NCBI GenBank assembly: GCA_965199995.1
Contig: OZ241328.1
Location: forward strand, 1,143,724-1,207,723
Length of the DNA: 64,000 bases
Direction: 5' to 3'
DNA from: Dehalococcoidia bacterium
Lineage (GTDB): Bacteria; Chloroflexota; Dehalococcoidia; Lucifugimonadales; UBA3495
A model generated the notes under the pieces. It saw only the letters and a list, made by a program, of their open reading frames with translations. It was not told the origin of the DNA and did not search any database. Both the position numbers and the translations under genes were made by a program. The first letter of the stretch is position 1; each line of letters opens with the position of its first letter. This document shows positions 1-10,447 of this stretch, one piece after another.

Positions 1-2
1 GA

Positions 3-461
3 CTGGCAGTGGCGGCAAGCGCAGTGCTGTTTATTCTGAGTCCCAGCAGTTGGCCCTGGGCGGCGTGGAACAGTTCCCCCGTGGAAATGGTGGCTTTCCT
101 GCTGGCTTGGGGCAATTTGAGCGTTGGCCTGTTCAATATGGTTCCTGGATTCCCTCTCGACGGCGGACGGGTACTGCGAGCCATTGTGTGGGCCGGTTCC
201 GGCAGTTTGGTCAGGGCGACGAAAGTCGCGGCCAGATGCGGGCAGGGCACCGGGTTGCTGATGATGCTGGGCGGCGTCATCTACACCGTGCGAGGCAACC
301 TGGTGGATGGCATCTGGGCAGTCATCATTGGCGCCTTCCTGCTCTCCGTGGCCACCAGAAGCTACCCTAGAGAGATAGCCGCAGTCGATGCTTCCGTTGA
401 TGGCGAAGAGGGTTCAAGCAAGCATAGCTGTGCTAAAATAGACGTTGAATCCAGAGAATAA
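3..461 (+). CDS. Site-2 protease (M50 family), C-terminal part; truncated by the window edge
   Basis: FNMVPGFPLDGGRVLRA matches the M50 NxxPxxxLDG motif; hydrophobic helices. Confidence 0.85.
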   Translation: MAVAASAVLFILSPSSWPWAAWNSSPVEMVAFLLAWGNLSVGLFNMVPGFPLDGGRVLRAIVWAGSGSLVRATKVAARCGQGTGLLMMLGGVIYTVRGNLVDGIWAVIIGAFLLSVATRSYPREIAAVDASVDGEEGSSKHSCAKIDVESRE

Positions 462-479
462 GCAGGCAGCAGTAGCAGG

Positions 480-1685
480 ATGTCTCAGAACCGGGACACT
501 GGCGGTTTCGTTTACATGGACCACGCAGGCACGACCCCGTTGGCACCAGGGGTGCTCAGGGCGATGATGCCGTATTTCACTGAGCTATTCGGCAACCCTT
601 CCAGCATCCACACCGTGGGACAGGAAGCGCGCTATGCTCTGGACGAAGCCCGCGACCGGGTGGCGAAAGTCCTTAACTGCCGCTCCCGCGAGGTGGTATT
701 CACCAGTGGCGGCACCGAATCGGACAACGCGGCCATCATGGGCGTCGCCACCGCCTTGCAGGAGACCGGCAACCATATCATTACCTCCGCCGTGGAGCAT
801 CACGCGGTTCTGCACACCTGTCAGTATCTGGAATCCCAAGGCTACGAAGTCACCTACCTTCCGGTAGACGCCGATGGCATAGTGCAGCCGGAGACGGTTT
901 ATCGGGCAATCAACGAAAGGACGACGCTGGTCTCGGTGATGTACGCCAACAATGAGATTGGCGTCATTAACCCGATTTCCGACATTTCGGCGGTGGTCAG
1001 GCAACGGGCAACGGAGCTTTCCCGCACCATCGCGCTGCACACCGATGCGGTGCAGGCCGCCGGATACCTGGACATCGATGTGCGGAAGCTGGGAGTGGAC
1101 CTTCTCAGCCTGTCCGGCCATAAGTTTCACGGACCAAAGGGCACCGGCGTCCTGTTCGTCCGCCGCGGCACGGCTTTCCTGCCCTACATCCTGGGAGGCG
1201 GACAGGAACGAGAGCGGCGTTCCGGCACTGAGAACATCCCGGGGATTATTGGTCTTTCCGTGGCGCTGGAGGCTGCGGACGTCCAGCGGGAAGAAAACAG
1301 CCGCCGATGCGCCGGTCTTCGCGACCGTATCGTAGAGCAAGTGCTGGAGCGAGTGCCGGGCAGCAAACTTAACGGTCATCCTACGCAGAGGCTGCCCAAC
1401 AACGCGAACTTCTCCTTTGCCGGAATTGAGGGCGAGCCGATATTACTGGGGCTGGATATGGCCGGTATTGCCGCCTCCAGCGGAAGCGCTTGCAGTTCCG
1501 GCTCTCTGGAACCCTCCCATGTCCTGCTGGCCTTGGGGCAATCTGCCGAAGTGGCGCGGGGCAGTCTGCGCCTCACCCTTGGCAAGAACAATACTGAAGA
1601 ACAAGTGGATTACCTGCTGGAAGTTCTGCCTGACCTCGTTGAGCGGCTGCGCAAACTTCCCAGCCTCACCACTGCCGCGCCTTGA
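480..1685 (+). CDS. iscS: Cysteine desulfurase (IscS/NifS family)
   Basis: [25 protein letters not shown] (PLP Lys), SSGSACSS (catalytic Cys). Confidence 0.95.
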   Translation: MSQNRDTGGFVYMDHAGTTPLAPGVLRAMMPYFTELFGNPSSIHTVGQEARYALDEARDRVAKVLNCRSREVVFTSGGTESDNAAIMGVATALQETGNHIITSAVEHHAVLHTCQYLESQGYEVTYLPVDADGIVQPETVYRAINERTTLVSVMYANNEIGVINPISDISAVVRQRATELSRTIALHTDAVQAAGYLDIDVRKLGVDLLSLSGHKFHGPKGTGVLFVRRGTAFLPYILGGGQERERRSGTENIPGIIGLSVALEAADVQREENSRRCAGLRDRIVEQVLERVPGSKLNGHPTQRLPNNANFSFAGIEGEPILLGLDMAGIAASSGSACSSGSLEPSHVLLALGQSAEVARGSLRLTLGKNNTEEQVDYLLEVLPDLVERLRKLPSLTTAAP

Positions 1686-2602
1686 TTCTTGGAAGCAAGG
1701 AAATATATCCCCGCTTTCGCGGGAATGCCGCCGTTCGCGGGAGTTACCAGCTTGGCTGCTCCCGCGGATGTTTTTCCGGGTTCCCGAGAATCCGGGCCTT
1801 GGGGGTGCTCGCGGCGGCATTTCTGATTCTTGCGCTGGCGGGTTGCTCCTCGGAATCACCCTCCTTCGGCCAGTATTACCAGGGGCGGACGTTGCACGTC
1901 AGCCTAGTCAGTCTGGAACGTATCCCTGAACTGCGATACTCCACCATTGACCCCCATGAAGTAATCCGCCGCTGGAGCCTGTCTCCCACCAGTTCGGGGT
2001 CTGAACTGGTGCTGGCGCGGCTAAGGGTGGAGAATCACACTGCCGTCAGCGCCATCATCAACGTTGACCGTTCCGCCGCTGAGCTGCGAGACTTCGCCAA
2101 TACCAGTTACCGTCCCCTTTCGGTGACAGAGACGGTCTGGCAGGACTTTCGCGGCGAACCGGAGGCCCTGGTGCGAGTAGACCTCGGGCAGTGCTTTGAC
2201 GGCACTCGCGCCCTAATCGAACGCGGAACCACCGTAAAGTGGCAGAGCGAGGCGGATGCCCGGCAGTATGTAGCCTTTGAGGATAAGTCTATTGCGATTG
2301 GGTCGGAAGGAAGGGCGGAACTTGCCCCGGAAGAAACAGTTCCCCATACCTTCGACCAGCCCGGGAACTATCCTTACGTTTGCGGCGGGTCTGAATATCA
2401 CGAATGGCCGGCCGAGATTCAGGTGGCGTCCTCGATCTATGACCCCGATGTCTCCGCCCGTTCGGTGCTGTTCCTGCAAGGCTCCTTTGAATTGCTGAAA
2501 GGCCACGGATTGGATGGTTACATCGTCTTCGAGGTGCCTATCGGAACCGAGTTCCGCGATATGCGCTGGAAGGCCGGGGATTCTATCACCATCCGGTTCT
2601 GA
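1682..2602 (+). CDS. Lipoprotein with a cupredoxin-like segment; true start may lie downstream
   Basis: Lipobox LALAGC; TVKWQ...[13 protein letters not shown] resembles cupredoxin strands. Confidence 0.6.
   Translation: MILGSKEIYPRFRGNAAVRGSYQLGCSRGCFSGFPRIRALGVLAAAFLILALAGCSSESPSFGQYYQGRTLHVSLVSLERIPELRYSTIDPHEVIRRWSLSPTSSGSELVLARLRVENHTAVSAIINVDRSAAELRDFANTSYRPLSVTETVWQDFRGEPEALVRVDLGQCFDGTRALIERGTTVKWQSEADARQYVAFEDKSIAIGSEGRAELAPEETVPHTFDQPGNYPYVCGGSEYHEWPAEIQVASSIYDPDVSARSVLFLQGSFELLKGHGLDGYIVFEVPIGTEFRDMRWKAGDSITIRF
1707..1730 (-). repeat. Single degenerate copy of the GTCATTCCCGCGAAAGCGGGAATCC palindrome family
   Basis: ATCCCCGCTTTCGCGGGAATGCCG is close to the reverse complement of the repeat unit at 12.8 kb. 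Confidence 0.7.
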
Positions 2603-2641
2603 GCACCGGGGAATTGCCTTCACCTTATTCTTTTCCCCGGA

Positions 2642-3307
2642 ATGGGCCTTTGGGCGCGGGAGCATTCTTTGTTGCAAAGATTCGCCGCTCTGGTGGTTTT
2701 CGGCGGGGAGCGACGCACGAAACCTGCTTCGCAACCAAAGATATGGCGGCGGCTGTTTCACCTTTTCGCCGGCTCCACGATTCCCATTGCCGCGATATTC
2801 GCGCCGGAAAGGGAACTGCTTATTGCTTTGACGGTGCTGGCTGCGGGGGCGTTGGCGCTGGAACTCGCCCGCTTCAGCATAGGTCCGCTGAATCAAGTTT
2901 ACCTGCGCTGGATGGCGCCGCTGCTCAAGAACGACGAGGAATCGCACATCACCGGCGCAACCTATATGCTCATCGCGGCGGCTCTGGTCTTCTGGCTCTA
3001 CGGCAAGGAAGTGGGGATTCCGGTGATGTTCTTCCTGTCGCTGGGAGACCCGGCAGCAGCCATCGCCGGGAGGCGAATGCCGGGGCCAAGGCTACTGGGC
3101 AAGTCTCCCGGAGGGACTGTTGCCTTCGCGGCCGTTGGGGCTGCCATAGCAGGCGCGTTGCTGGCCTTTGGAGTCATTGAATATCACTGGGCCTTGTGGG
3201 CCGGCTCCGGGATTGCCGCCTTAGTGGAGCTGGCAGGGATTCCGCCGGACGACAATCTGACAATCCCTTTGATTGCGGGAACAGCAATGAGGGCTATGGG
3301 TGTGTGA
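2642..3307 (+). CDS. Dolichol/phytol kinase-like membrane protein (SEC59/DGK1/VTE5 family)
   Basis: WRRLFHL, LGDPAAAIAG, GKSPGG, DDNLTIP motifs; several TM helices. Confidence 0.85.
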   Translation: MGLWAREHSLLQRFAALVVFGGERRTKPASQPKIWRRLFHLFAGSTIPIAAIFAPERELLIALTVLAAGALALELARFSIGPLNQVYLRWMAPLLKNDEESHITGATYMLIAAALVFWLYGKEVGIPVMFFLSLGDPAAAIAGRRMPGPRLLGKSPGGTVAFAAVGAAIAGALLAFGVIEYHWALWAGSGIAALVELAGIPPDDNLTIPLIAGTAMRAMGV

Positions 3308-3318
3308 ACCCCGCCGTG

Positions 3319-4668
3319 TTAGTGCGCCGCCCCGTCGAAGCGCAGCGTCTTGGCGCGGTCGCGCTGGAACCGCAGGTAGGCCGAACGGGACATGGCTGGC
3401 CTGTGGGACGATTTGACCTCTTTGGCCTGCTTTGCTCCATCGGCCAGCAGGTCAATCACTACCATCGCCATTATTTTTGCGGGGTTAATTACCGCTGTTT
3501 CGTAATCAGTGATAACGTAGCTCTTGCTGTGCCCCGGTCCGGTTGCGCCCCCGGTATAGGGATGGATGGCCGGAATCAGTTGCGACAGGTCGCCCATATC
3601 GGTGGAGCCACCCCGGTTTCGGATGGCTGGCATTACCAGCGTCGCCTTCTCACCCACCGTATCAACGGCGTTGCTTCGGAATAGGTCTTGCAGGCGCGGG
3701 TCATTCCGCATCGGCAGATAGCCGGGGATGGTGGTGATTTCCACCTGGGCGCCGACAGCCAGAGCGCCGGACTTGAAACAACGGTCAACGACTTCGGAAT
3801 TCTGCACTACTGCCTGCGGAGTGGCGGAGCGAACGCGCCATTCCAGCTTGACCTCCGCAGGGACGGCGTTCACGGCTTCCCCGCCTTTGGTGATGATTCC
3901 GTGAATGCGCACGGTGTCTTCGGCCCGGTGGGTTTCGCGGTTGGCGTTGATGGCTTGGAGCGCAAAGGATGCGGCGTTGAGGGCATTGATGCCTCGATGG
4001 GGCGAGCTGCCGGCGTGGGCCCCGACTCCCAGGTATCGCACGTATTTGACTACATGGCCGTTGCTAGTGCCGCCGATGGCGAACTTGCGCTCCCCCATAT
4101 CGCTGGCAGTGTGGCACATCATGGCGATGTCCACGTCATCGAACGCTCCCAAGCGAATCAGTTCCTGCTTGCCGCCCAGGAACTCCACCTTTTTCTGAGA
4201 GCGGAGTTCCAGCCGCTGCTCAACTTCGATGAACTCCTCGGCAGGCACGGCAAAGGGGATAATCTCCCCGTTTAGCTGACTCAGCACCTCCGGGTTCAGC
4301 AGGCCGGCAGTGGCGCCCAGCATCATGCCGATCTGACAGTGGTGGCCGCAGGCGTGGGCGGCGCCCGTTGCAGGATCGGCGTGGGGATGTTCTGTGACTA
4401 CCAGCGAGTCTAGCTCCCCGATGAGGGCCACGCTGGGGCCGGGGCCTGCTCCGCCGGGTATGCGGCCCTTGAGTCCTGTCAGGGCCAGCCCGCTTTCGTG
4501 GGGAATCTGTAGCTCATTGAACTTCTGCGCCACCAGTCCGGCAGTGCGATATTCGCGGAACCCGGCCTCGGGATGATCCAGAATCTGCTGAGCGACGCCA
4601 ATGATTTCCTTCTTCCGCTTTTCGATGGTCTCACAGGCGCGCCGCTTCAGCTCTTGAACAGTCAACAT
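3319..4668 (-). CDS. M20 family amidohydrolase (paralog 1)
   Basis: ELDSL, HACGHH, PAEE, GSTDMGD. Confidence 0.9.
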   Translation of the reverse strand: MLTVQELKRRACETIEKRKKEIIGVAQQILDHPEAGFREYRTAGLVAQKFNELQIPHESGLALTGLKGRIPGGAGPGPSVALIGELDSLVVTEHPHADPATGAAHACGHHCQIGMMLGATAGLLNPEVLSQLNGEIIPFAVPAEEFIEVEQRLELRSQKKVEFLGGKQELIRLGAFDDVDIAMMCHTASDMGERKFAIGGTSNGHVVKYVRYLGVGAHAGSSPHRGINALNAASFALQAINANRETHRAEDTVRIHGIITKGGEAVNAVPAEVKLEWRVRSATPQAVVQNSEVVDRCFKSGALAVGAQVEITTIPGYLPMRNDPRLQDLFRSNAVDTVGEKATLVMPAIRNRGGSTDMGDLSQLIPAIHPYTGGATGPGHSKSYVITDYETAVINPAKIMAMVVIDLLADGAKQAKEVKSSHRPAMSRSAYLRFQRDRAKTLRFDGAAH

Positions 4669-4670
4669 AA

Positions 4671-6023
4671 TTAAGCGCTCTTGAACGTTTCTTCCTTGGC
4701 TAGGCTTCGCATAAACTTGAGATATTCGGAGCGAGTCATTTCCGGCCGGTGGCCGGAAACTATGCCGCCGCCGACTTTGGCGCCGTCGGCCAACAGGTCA
4801 ATGGCGGTAGAGGCCAGGGCCTTGGCCGCCGTGATGATGGCCAGAGAGTAGTCTTGCACCACATAGTCTGCGCCATGCCCAACGCCGGTGGCGCCGCCCA
4901 CATAGGGATGAATCGCGGGCATAAGGTGGCTGACGTCGCCCATATCGGTGGAGCCGCCCCGGTGGGCGACATAGCGGACATTTTCCTGCCCCACAAGTTG
5001 GGCCGCATTGGCCCTGAATACGTCGTTAAAAGCGCTGTTCTGTCGCAAGGGCAGATACCCGGGGATGGTCTGAATCACGACATCGCCACCCACCGCCATT
5101 GCTCCGGCTTTGAGGGCGCGATCTACTTTGATGTTGGCGTCCATAATAGCGTCCAGAGTGCGGCCCCGGACAAAGGTCTCCATTCGTACGTCGGCGGGCA
5201 CTGCGCTTACGGCTTCACCGCCTTTGGTGATTATGGGATGCACGCGAATGCTGTCCTCATCCCGAAAGGTCTCTCGGTTGTAGTGAATGGCGGTTAACGC
5301 CATCGAGGCGGCATTAAGGGCGTTTATGCCCAGATGCGGGGCGCCGCCGGCGTGGGATCCCCGCCCAATGAATTGTATCTTCTTCGCCAGGGTGCCGTTA
5401 TTGGCCTCGCTGATGCACATAGGGCTTTCGGCGGGGTTAGCTGTGGTGTGGCACATCATGGCGAGGTCTATATCGTCAAACTCGCCCAAGCGCACCAGCT
5501 CAGGCTTGCCGCCCAGGAACTCCAGCTTACCCTGCCGGCGCAGGGAGTCGCGAAATTCTATCTCAATGTATTCCTCGGCAGGAACTGCCATGAATGCCAG
5601 CCGGCCGCTAAGGGACTCCAGCACATCGGGCTGGTTTAAGGCCATGGCCGCGCCCAGCATCATGCCAATCTGGCAGTGGTGGCCGCAGGCGTGGGCAGCG
5701 CCGGTTTCTCCGTCGGCGTGGGGATGCTCGTTTACGATTAGCGAGTCCATTTCGCCGATGACTGCCAGGGCCGGGCCGGGGCTGCCGCCGGCCAAGTCGG
5801 CGCGCACGCCGGTTATTCCCAGACCAACGCGGGTCGGCATCCTCATTTCGGCGAACTTTCCGGATACTAGCCGCGCCGTCTTCGTTTCGCGGAATCCCGG
5901 TTCGGGGTTTGCCAGAATCGTCTTGGATATGTTAATCAGTTCGTCGGCCCTTGATTCGATGACGTCGGCTGCGCGGCGCTTCAGGTCTTCTTTGGATAGT
6001 TTTGTTGCCCCGGGTGAGGACAT
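4671..6023 (-). CDS. M20 family amidohydrolase (paralog 2)
   Basis: EMDSL, HACGHH, PAEE, GSTDMGD; start placed at MSSPGATK by alignment with paralog 1 and because the longer ORF overlaps the glycerate kinase gene. Confidence 0.9.
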   Translation of the reverse strand: MSSPGATKLSKEDLKRRAADVIESRADELINISKTILANPEPGFRETKTARLVSGKFAEMRMPTRVGLGITGVRADLAGGSPGPALAVIGEMDSLIVNEHPHADGETGAAHACGHHCQIGMMLGAAMALNQPDVLESLSGRLAFMAVPAEEYIEIEFRDSLRRQGKLEFLGGKPELVRLGEFDDIDLAMMCHTTANPAESPMCISEANNGTLAKKIQFIGRGSHAGGAPHLGINALNAASMALTAIHYNRETFRDEDSIRVHPIITKGGEAVSAVPADVRMETFVRGRTLDAIMDANIKVDRALKAGAMAVGGDVVIQTIPGYLPLRQNSAFNDVFRANAAQLVGQENVRYVAHRGGSTDMGDVSHLMPAIHPYVGGATGVGHGADYVVQDYSLAIITAAKALASTAIDLLADGAKVGGGIVSGHRPEMTRSEYLKFMRSLAKEETFKSA

Positions 6024-6189
6024 AAGATACCTCTTGGTCGGATGTGGGCTTGGCGGGCTGCGCGAACCGCAAGTTCGGCCCAACTTAGCTGCCTGATCAT
6101 TGCCAGCGATTTTAACACGTAGCCGCCTGGTTCGTATTAGCGTATCTTTTGAGTTAGTTTCCCTAGTCTGCAGTGTATAATTCCCGATT

Positions 6190-7347
6190 ATGAAGATAGT
6201 AATTGCTCCGCAAGGGTTCAAGGCAGGAATTTCAGGACTGGAAGCCGCCCAGGCCATAGCCCGAGGCGTTAAGGCCGCTGTGCCGGACGCGGTTACGGCT
6301 CTGGCCCCGGTTGCGGACGGGGGAGACGGTACGCTCAATGCCCTGGTAGACGGCACTGGCGGCGAGAAGTTCACCAGCACTGTAACCGGCCCGCTGGGGC
6401 AGCCGCTGGAAGCGCAATGGGGAGTGATGGGCGACGGTAGCACGGCGGTCATTGAGATGGCCCTTGCTTCTGGCCTGGCCTTGATAACCCAACGGCGCCG
6501 CAACCCGAGGGTTGCCACCACGGCAGGCACCGGTGAGATAGTGAAAGAGGCTCTAGAACGGGGCTATACCCGAATCATCGTTGGTTTGGGCGGCAGCGCA
6601 ACGAACGATGGCGGGGCCGGGTTCGTCTCGGCCCTTGGAGCGCGATTTCTCGACGCAGAGGGCCGGCCGCTCCCTCCGGGGGGCAGCGCCCTGGCCCGGC
6701 TGGCCCACATCGAACATTCCGGCTTGCATCCCGGCCTGAAAGACGCTGCCATCATCGCCGCCACCGATGTGACCAATCCCCTGTGCGGTCCTGAGGGGGC
6801 GTCTGCCGTGTTTGGCCCCCAGAAGGGCGCCAACCCGGAAATGGTGAGGGAACTGGATGCCGCGCTGGCTAACTATGCCCGGGTAGTCGCCAGAGATATG
6901 GGGCGTGACGTTTCGGAGCAGCCCGGGGCCGGAGCGGCGGGCGGACTGGGCGCAGGACTGATAGCCTTTGCCGGAGCGAGCATCCAATCCGGCATAGACA
7001 TGGTCTGCGAGGTGCTGAATTTCGACACCCTGCTACAAGACGCCGACCTTGTGATTACCGGAGAGGGACGCGCTGACCATTCCACCATATTCAACAAGGC
7101 CCCGGTGGGCGTGGCCCGCCACGCCCAGGCCCACAGAGTCCCCACCGTTCTGCTGGCGGGCAGTCTGGGGCCAGGCTATGAGGAACTCTACGGCCATTCC
7201 ATATCCGCGGTAATGTGCATCGCCGACCGGCCCATGAGCTTCGAGCAGTCGCTGTCGCGCAGCGGAGAATTGCTGGAGAGCGCCGCGGAGAACGCCATGC
7301 GCCTGATTCTGGCAGGACGCGAAATATCGGGCAAGAATGGGGCCTAG
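6190..7347 (+). CDS. glxK: Glycerate kinase (GlxK/GarK family)
   Basis: MKIVIAPQGFK, ADGGDGT, GGSATNDGG, GAAGGLG, ITGEG; TATAAT 8 nt before the ATG suggests a leaderless or very short-leader mRNA. Confidence 0.92.
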   Translation: MKIVIAPQGFKAGISGLEAAQAIARGVKAAVPDAVTALAPVADGGDGTLNALVDGTGGEKFTSTVTGPLGQPLEAQWGVMGDGSTAVIEMALASGLALITQRRRNPRVATTAGTGEIVKEALERGYTRIIVGLGGSATNDGGAGFVSALGARFLDAEGRPLPPGGSALARLAHIEHSGLHPGLKDAAIIAATDVTNPLCGPEGASAVFGPQKGANPEMVRELDAALANYARVVARDMGRDVSEQPGAGAAGGLGAGLIAFAGASIQSGIDMVCEVLNFDTLLQDADLVITGEGRADHSTIFNKAPVGVARHAQAHRVPTVLLAGSLGPGYEELYGHSISAVMCIADRPMSFEQSLSRSGELLESAAENAMRLILAGREISGKNGA

Positions 7348-7365
7348 ATACACCGGCGGAAGGTT

Positions 7366-7767
7366 TTAGCTCATCCGCTCCTTGACGAACTGAAGGACGA
7401 GATCCGACAGGAAGATGGAGCGGTCGGCGTCAACCTCATCAAAAGCATCGAAAGAGGCTCCGCTGGGCAGGAACTCCGGGTAGCGGGTGATGTAGTGATA
7501 TTTGTCCAATTGCCGGGCTTCGCTCTTCACGGTGTCGAACATCATGTCGAAGAGTTTGGCGTCTTCACACAGGTCTAACAGCGAGTGCCCCCAGACGTCT
7601 TCCACCCGCTTGTGGTACAGATATGCCTTGATAGCCTTCTCGGCGGCCTGCTGTCCCTGGAAGCAGGCTAGATTGTGTCTTCCGTTGTCGCGCAGAAAGC
7701 GAGCGTCTTCGATGTCTCTCTCAGCCTGACGCAGCCAGCGAGCGCCTTCCGACAGGTAATCAGGCAT
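7366..7767 (-). CDS. HEPN domain protein
   Basis: [10 protein letters not shown]...HSL...TRYP pattern of MNT-associated HEPN proteins. Confidence 0.88.
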   Translation of the reverse strand: MPDYLSEGARWLRQAERDIEDARFLRDNGRHNLACFQGQQAAEKAIKAYLYHKRVEDVWGHSLLDLCEDAKLFDMMFDTVKSEARQLDKYHYITRYPEFLPSGASFDAFDEVDADRSIFLSDLVLQFVKERMS

Positions 7768-8101
7768 TAAAAATCTCCCTTCCTTCAGCGCAGGCCCGCC
7801 GTAGCGCCGGCAGGGTATCCTTCAGCGCCTCGAACTCCTCCGAGGTGTATACCTGGGTGTCAATTTCCACCGAACTGCCTAAGTGGTAAGAAAAGAAGTC
7901 AGACCGTCTCCCGAAGGGCTGGTCGGTATTATGCACCACGATAAGCTTAATCTGGCTCTCTGGGGTATATTCACCGGCTGCGACTTCACCGGTCAGGATT
8001 ACCTTTTCCAACCCCAGGTTGGGGAGGATTTCCTGGATGTTTTCTAGTTCCCGCTCCACCATCTGTTTGCGGAATTGGGCAAAGCCCACGCGCATCGGCA
8101 T
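7760..8101 (-). CDS. Minimal nucleotidyltransferase (MNT)-fold protein with a degenerate catalytic motif
   Basis: [11 protein letters not shown]...SQIKLIVV...[11 protein letters not shown]...EGREI follows the MNT layout; overlaps the HEPN start. Confidence 0.75.
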   Translation of the reverse strand: MPMRVGFAQFRKQMVERELENIQEILPNLGLEKVILTGEVAAGEYTPESQIKLIVVHNTDQPFGRRSDFFSYHLGSSVEIDTQVYTSEEFEALKDTLPALRRACAEGREIFNA

Positions 8102-8162
8102 TAGTGAACCCCTGCGATGAATCTACCCCCCGCTGTCGGCGATTGGCCGCGGCAGGGAACGC

Positions 8163-8942
8163 TTACTCTATCAGAACTAAATGAACGGACCTAGGCCCGT
8201 GAACTCCTTGAACGATGGTCATTTCAATGTCGGCGGTGCGGCTAGGGCCGGTAATGAAATTCAGGTAGCTTCCCATATCCCTGTCCTGCTGGTAGTACTC
8301 CAGGCGGCGCAGTAGGAAAAGGTCGTGCAGGGTTTCCAGCACTTCCTCGGGGCGCACGAGGGCGATATGCACCGGCGGCACCAGCGACACTAGCCGCGAC
8401 AGGCCGCGACGGGGCAGGATTACCAGGGAGCCGGTTTCCGCTAGGGCGTAATCAGTTCCGGTCACCCCCACGTCGGCTTGTCGAATCGTTTCCCGCAATT
8501 CTTCCCGTGGCGCGTCTTCTCCCCGGACTATGGGCGTGACTTCTATCCCCTTCCACTCCAGAACGGTGTCCACCGGAACGCCGTCGAATACGGGCTGGCC
8601 CGACCGCACGACTTTGCTGGCGCTTATCTCGCCAATGATCGAGTCAACCCGTCCGATGGCGGCCTCTACCCCGGAAACGCGATGCACGTTCCAGCCGCCC
8701 CGGCCGGCCATCTCGGCGAAGCGGTCCAACAGGGATGGGCGATTCCTCAGCAGGCGATGCTGCAACTCGCTGGCCTGCTCTTCCAAGAGCGGCACGGGTT
8801 CCTCCAGACGGTGATACGCCCGGACCGGAGGAATGGCCCGCCCGGAGTTGGGAGAGGGTCTGCCCAAGGCTTCCCGCACGGAGCGCAGGAAATCGGACTT
8901 GGAGGTTCCGGGAATATCCGGGGAGTTAGCCGCGGCCACCAT
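8163..8942 (-). CDS. lutC: Lactate utilization protein C (LutC/YkgG)
   Basis: ALAETGSLV, LVSLVPPVHIA, ITGPSRTADIE...GVHGP. Confidence 0.92.
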   Translation of the reverse strand: MVAAANSPDIPGTSKSDFLRSVREALGRPSPNSGRAIPPVRAYHRLEEPVPLLEEQASELQHRLLRNRPSLLDRFAEMAGRGGWNVHRVSGVEAAIGRVDSIIGEISASKVVRSGQPVFDGVPVDTVLEWKGIEVTPIVRGEDAPREELRETIRQADVGVTGTDYALAETGSLVILPRRGLSRLVSLVPPVHIALVRPEEVLETLHDLFLLRRLEYYQQDRDMGSYLNFITGPSRTADIEMTIVQGVHGPRSVHLVLIE

Positions 8943-10407
8943 CCACCTCTTTGGCGGTGTCTTGGCGAAGTTCGTCGCGCCAGATTTCCCGGAATGATTT
9001 TGGAGGCAGAGGAGGCAGGTCGCGCGCCTTAGTCCATTGGGACAGCAAGGGCAAGGGAGTCTTGCTGATCCAGCCGGCGCGTTTCGGCATACCCGGTACC
9101 AGCTTTTGCGCTACGCGCCCGATGCCGGCGGCCAATTCCATCCGGTCCGGGCTGTTCATCAGCATTCCGTATGCCCCGGCCAGTAGACGTTCGGAGCGGG
9201 AGGACGCATTTTCCTCGGGATTTTCGCTTTCCGCCGTTCTGTGGCGCAGTTCCAGCAGCATCCGCGGGATGTTTATCTTTATAGGGCAAGCCTCTCGGCA
9301 GGCGCCACAGAGGCTGGAGGCTTGGGGAAGCTCCTTGGCCTCCTTCACTCCGGTAAGCATGGGCGACACCACGGCTCCGATGGGCCCGGGGTAGACCCAC
9401 CCGTAGGCGTGACCGCCGACCCGCTGATAGACCGGGCAGATGTTCAGGCAGGCCCCGCAACGGATGCAGTACAAGGCTTCCCGCATTTTCGGGTCGCGCA
9501 GCATACGGGAGCGGCCGTTGTCTACCAGTATTAGATGGAACTCTTCCGGGCCGTCTTCGTCGTCTTGCCGGCGCGGGCCGGTGACCATGCTGACATAACT
9601 GGAGATGCGCTGCCCAGTGGCTGACCGGGGCAGCAAACGCAGGAAAATGGCTAAATCCTGCAGGGACGGAATCACCTTCTCCATGCCGGTGATGCCAATG
9701 TGCATTCGGGGAGCCGAGGTGCACAACCGCCCGTTGCCCTCATTGGTGACGATGACCAGCGTGCCGGTCTCAGCCACCACGAAATTGGCCCCGCTTATGC
9801 CCAAGTCGGCTTCCATAAACTTGTCCCGGAGAGCCACCCGCGCCGCCGCCGCCATGGCCTCGATATCCTCATTGTAGGGAATGCCCAGCTTTTTGGCGAA
9901 CAGCTCGGCCACGTCTTCCTTCGACTTGTGCAGGGCCGGAGCAACTAGATGGGACGGGGTTTCGCCCGCCAGTTGGATGATATATTCCCCCAGGTCGGTT
10001 TCGTAGACATCAACTCCCAGAGATTCCAGAACCGGATTGAGTTCCAGTTCCTCCGACACCATGCTTTTGCTTTTGGTGGCGACCTTGACGCCCCGGCTCT
10101 GAACCAGATGACTGACGATGGCGTTGGCTTCTGCGGAGTCAACGGCGAAATGCACCTGTCCCCCGGCGGCGGTCACGTTGTCGTACAGCAATTCCAGATA
10201 GTAGTCGAGATGGTCGAGGGTGTGTATCTTGATTTGGCGGGCTTCTTCGCGCCACTCTTCCCAAGCCTCGGAGGTTACCTCTTCGATGGCATTGCGGCGC
10301 GCTACGTCAAAGCCGACGCCTACCCGGTCAAGGGCGCGCCGGAGTTGCGGATTCTGCATGGCCGCCGCGGACGCGGGGGTGAATTGCCCTGTCTTTACTT
10401 CCGGCAT
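8926..10407 (-). CDS. lutB: Lactate utilization Fe-S protein B (LutB/YkgF)
   Basis: KSKSMVSEE, ETDLGEYIIQL, CIRCGACLNICP, SSLCGACREACP. Confidence 0.95.
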   Translation of the reverse strand: MPEVKTGQFTPASAAAMQNPQLRRALDRVGVGFDVARRNAIEEVTSEAWEEWREEARQIKIHTLDHLDYYLELLYDNVTAAGGQVHFAVDSAEANAIVSHLVQSRGVKVATKSKSMVSEELELNPVLESLGVDVYETDLGEYIIQLAGETPSHLVAPALHKSKEDVAELFAKKLGIPYNEDIEAMAAAARVALRDKFMEADLGISGANFVVAETGTLVIVTNEGNGRLCTSAPRMHIGITGMEKVIPSLQDLAIFLRLLPRSATGQRISSYVSMVTGPRRQDDEDGPEEFHLILVDNGRSRMLRDPKMREALYCIRCGACLNICPVYQRVGGHAYGWVYPGPIGAVVSPMLTGVKEAKELPQASSLCGACREACPIKINIPRMLLELRHRTAESENPEENASSRSERLLAGAYGMLMNSPDRMELAAGIGRVAQKLVPGMPKRAGWISKTPLPLLSQWTKARDLPPLPPKSFREIWRDELRQDTAKEVDGGRG

Positions 10408-10447
10408 CTTGCTTTACTACTGGCGCTGACTGGGGGCTGAGAATAGG

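Noticed and set aside
6024-6530. N-terminal extension of the 619-aa amidohydrolase ORF
   Set aside because: It overlaps the glycerate kinase gene on the opposite strand, and the paralog alignment starts near 6023.
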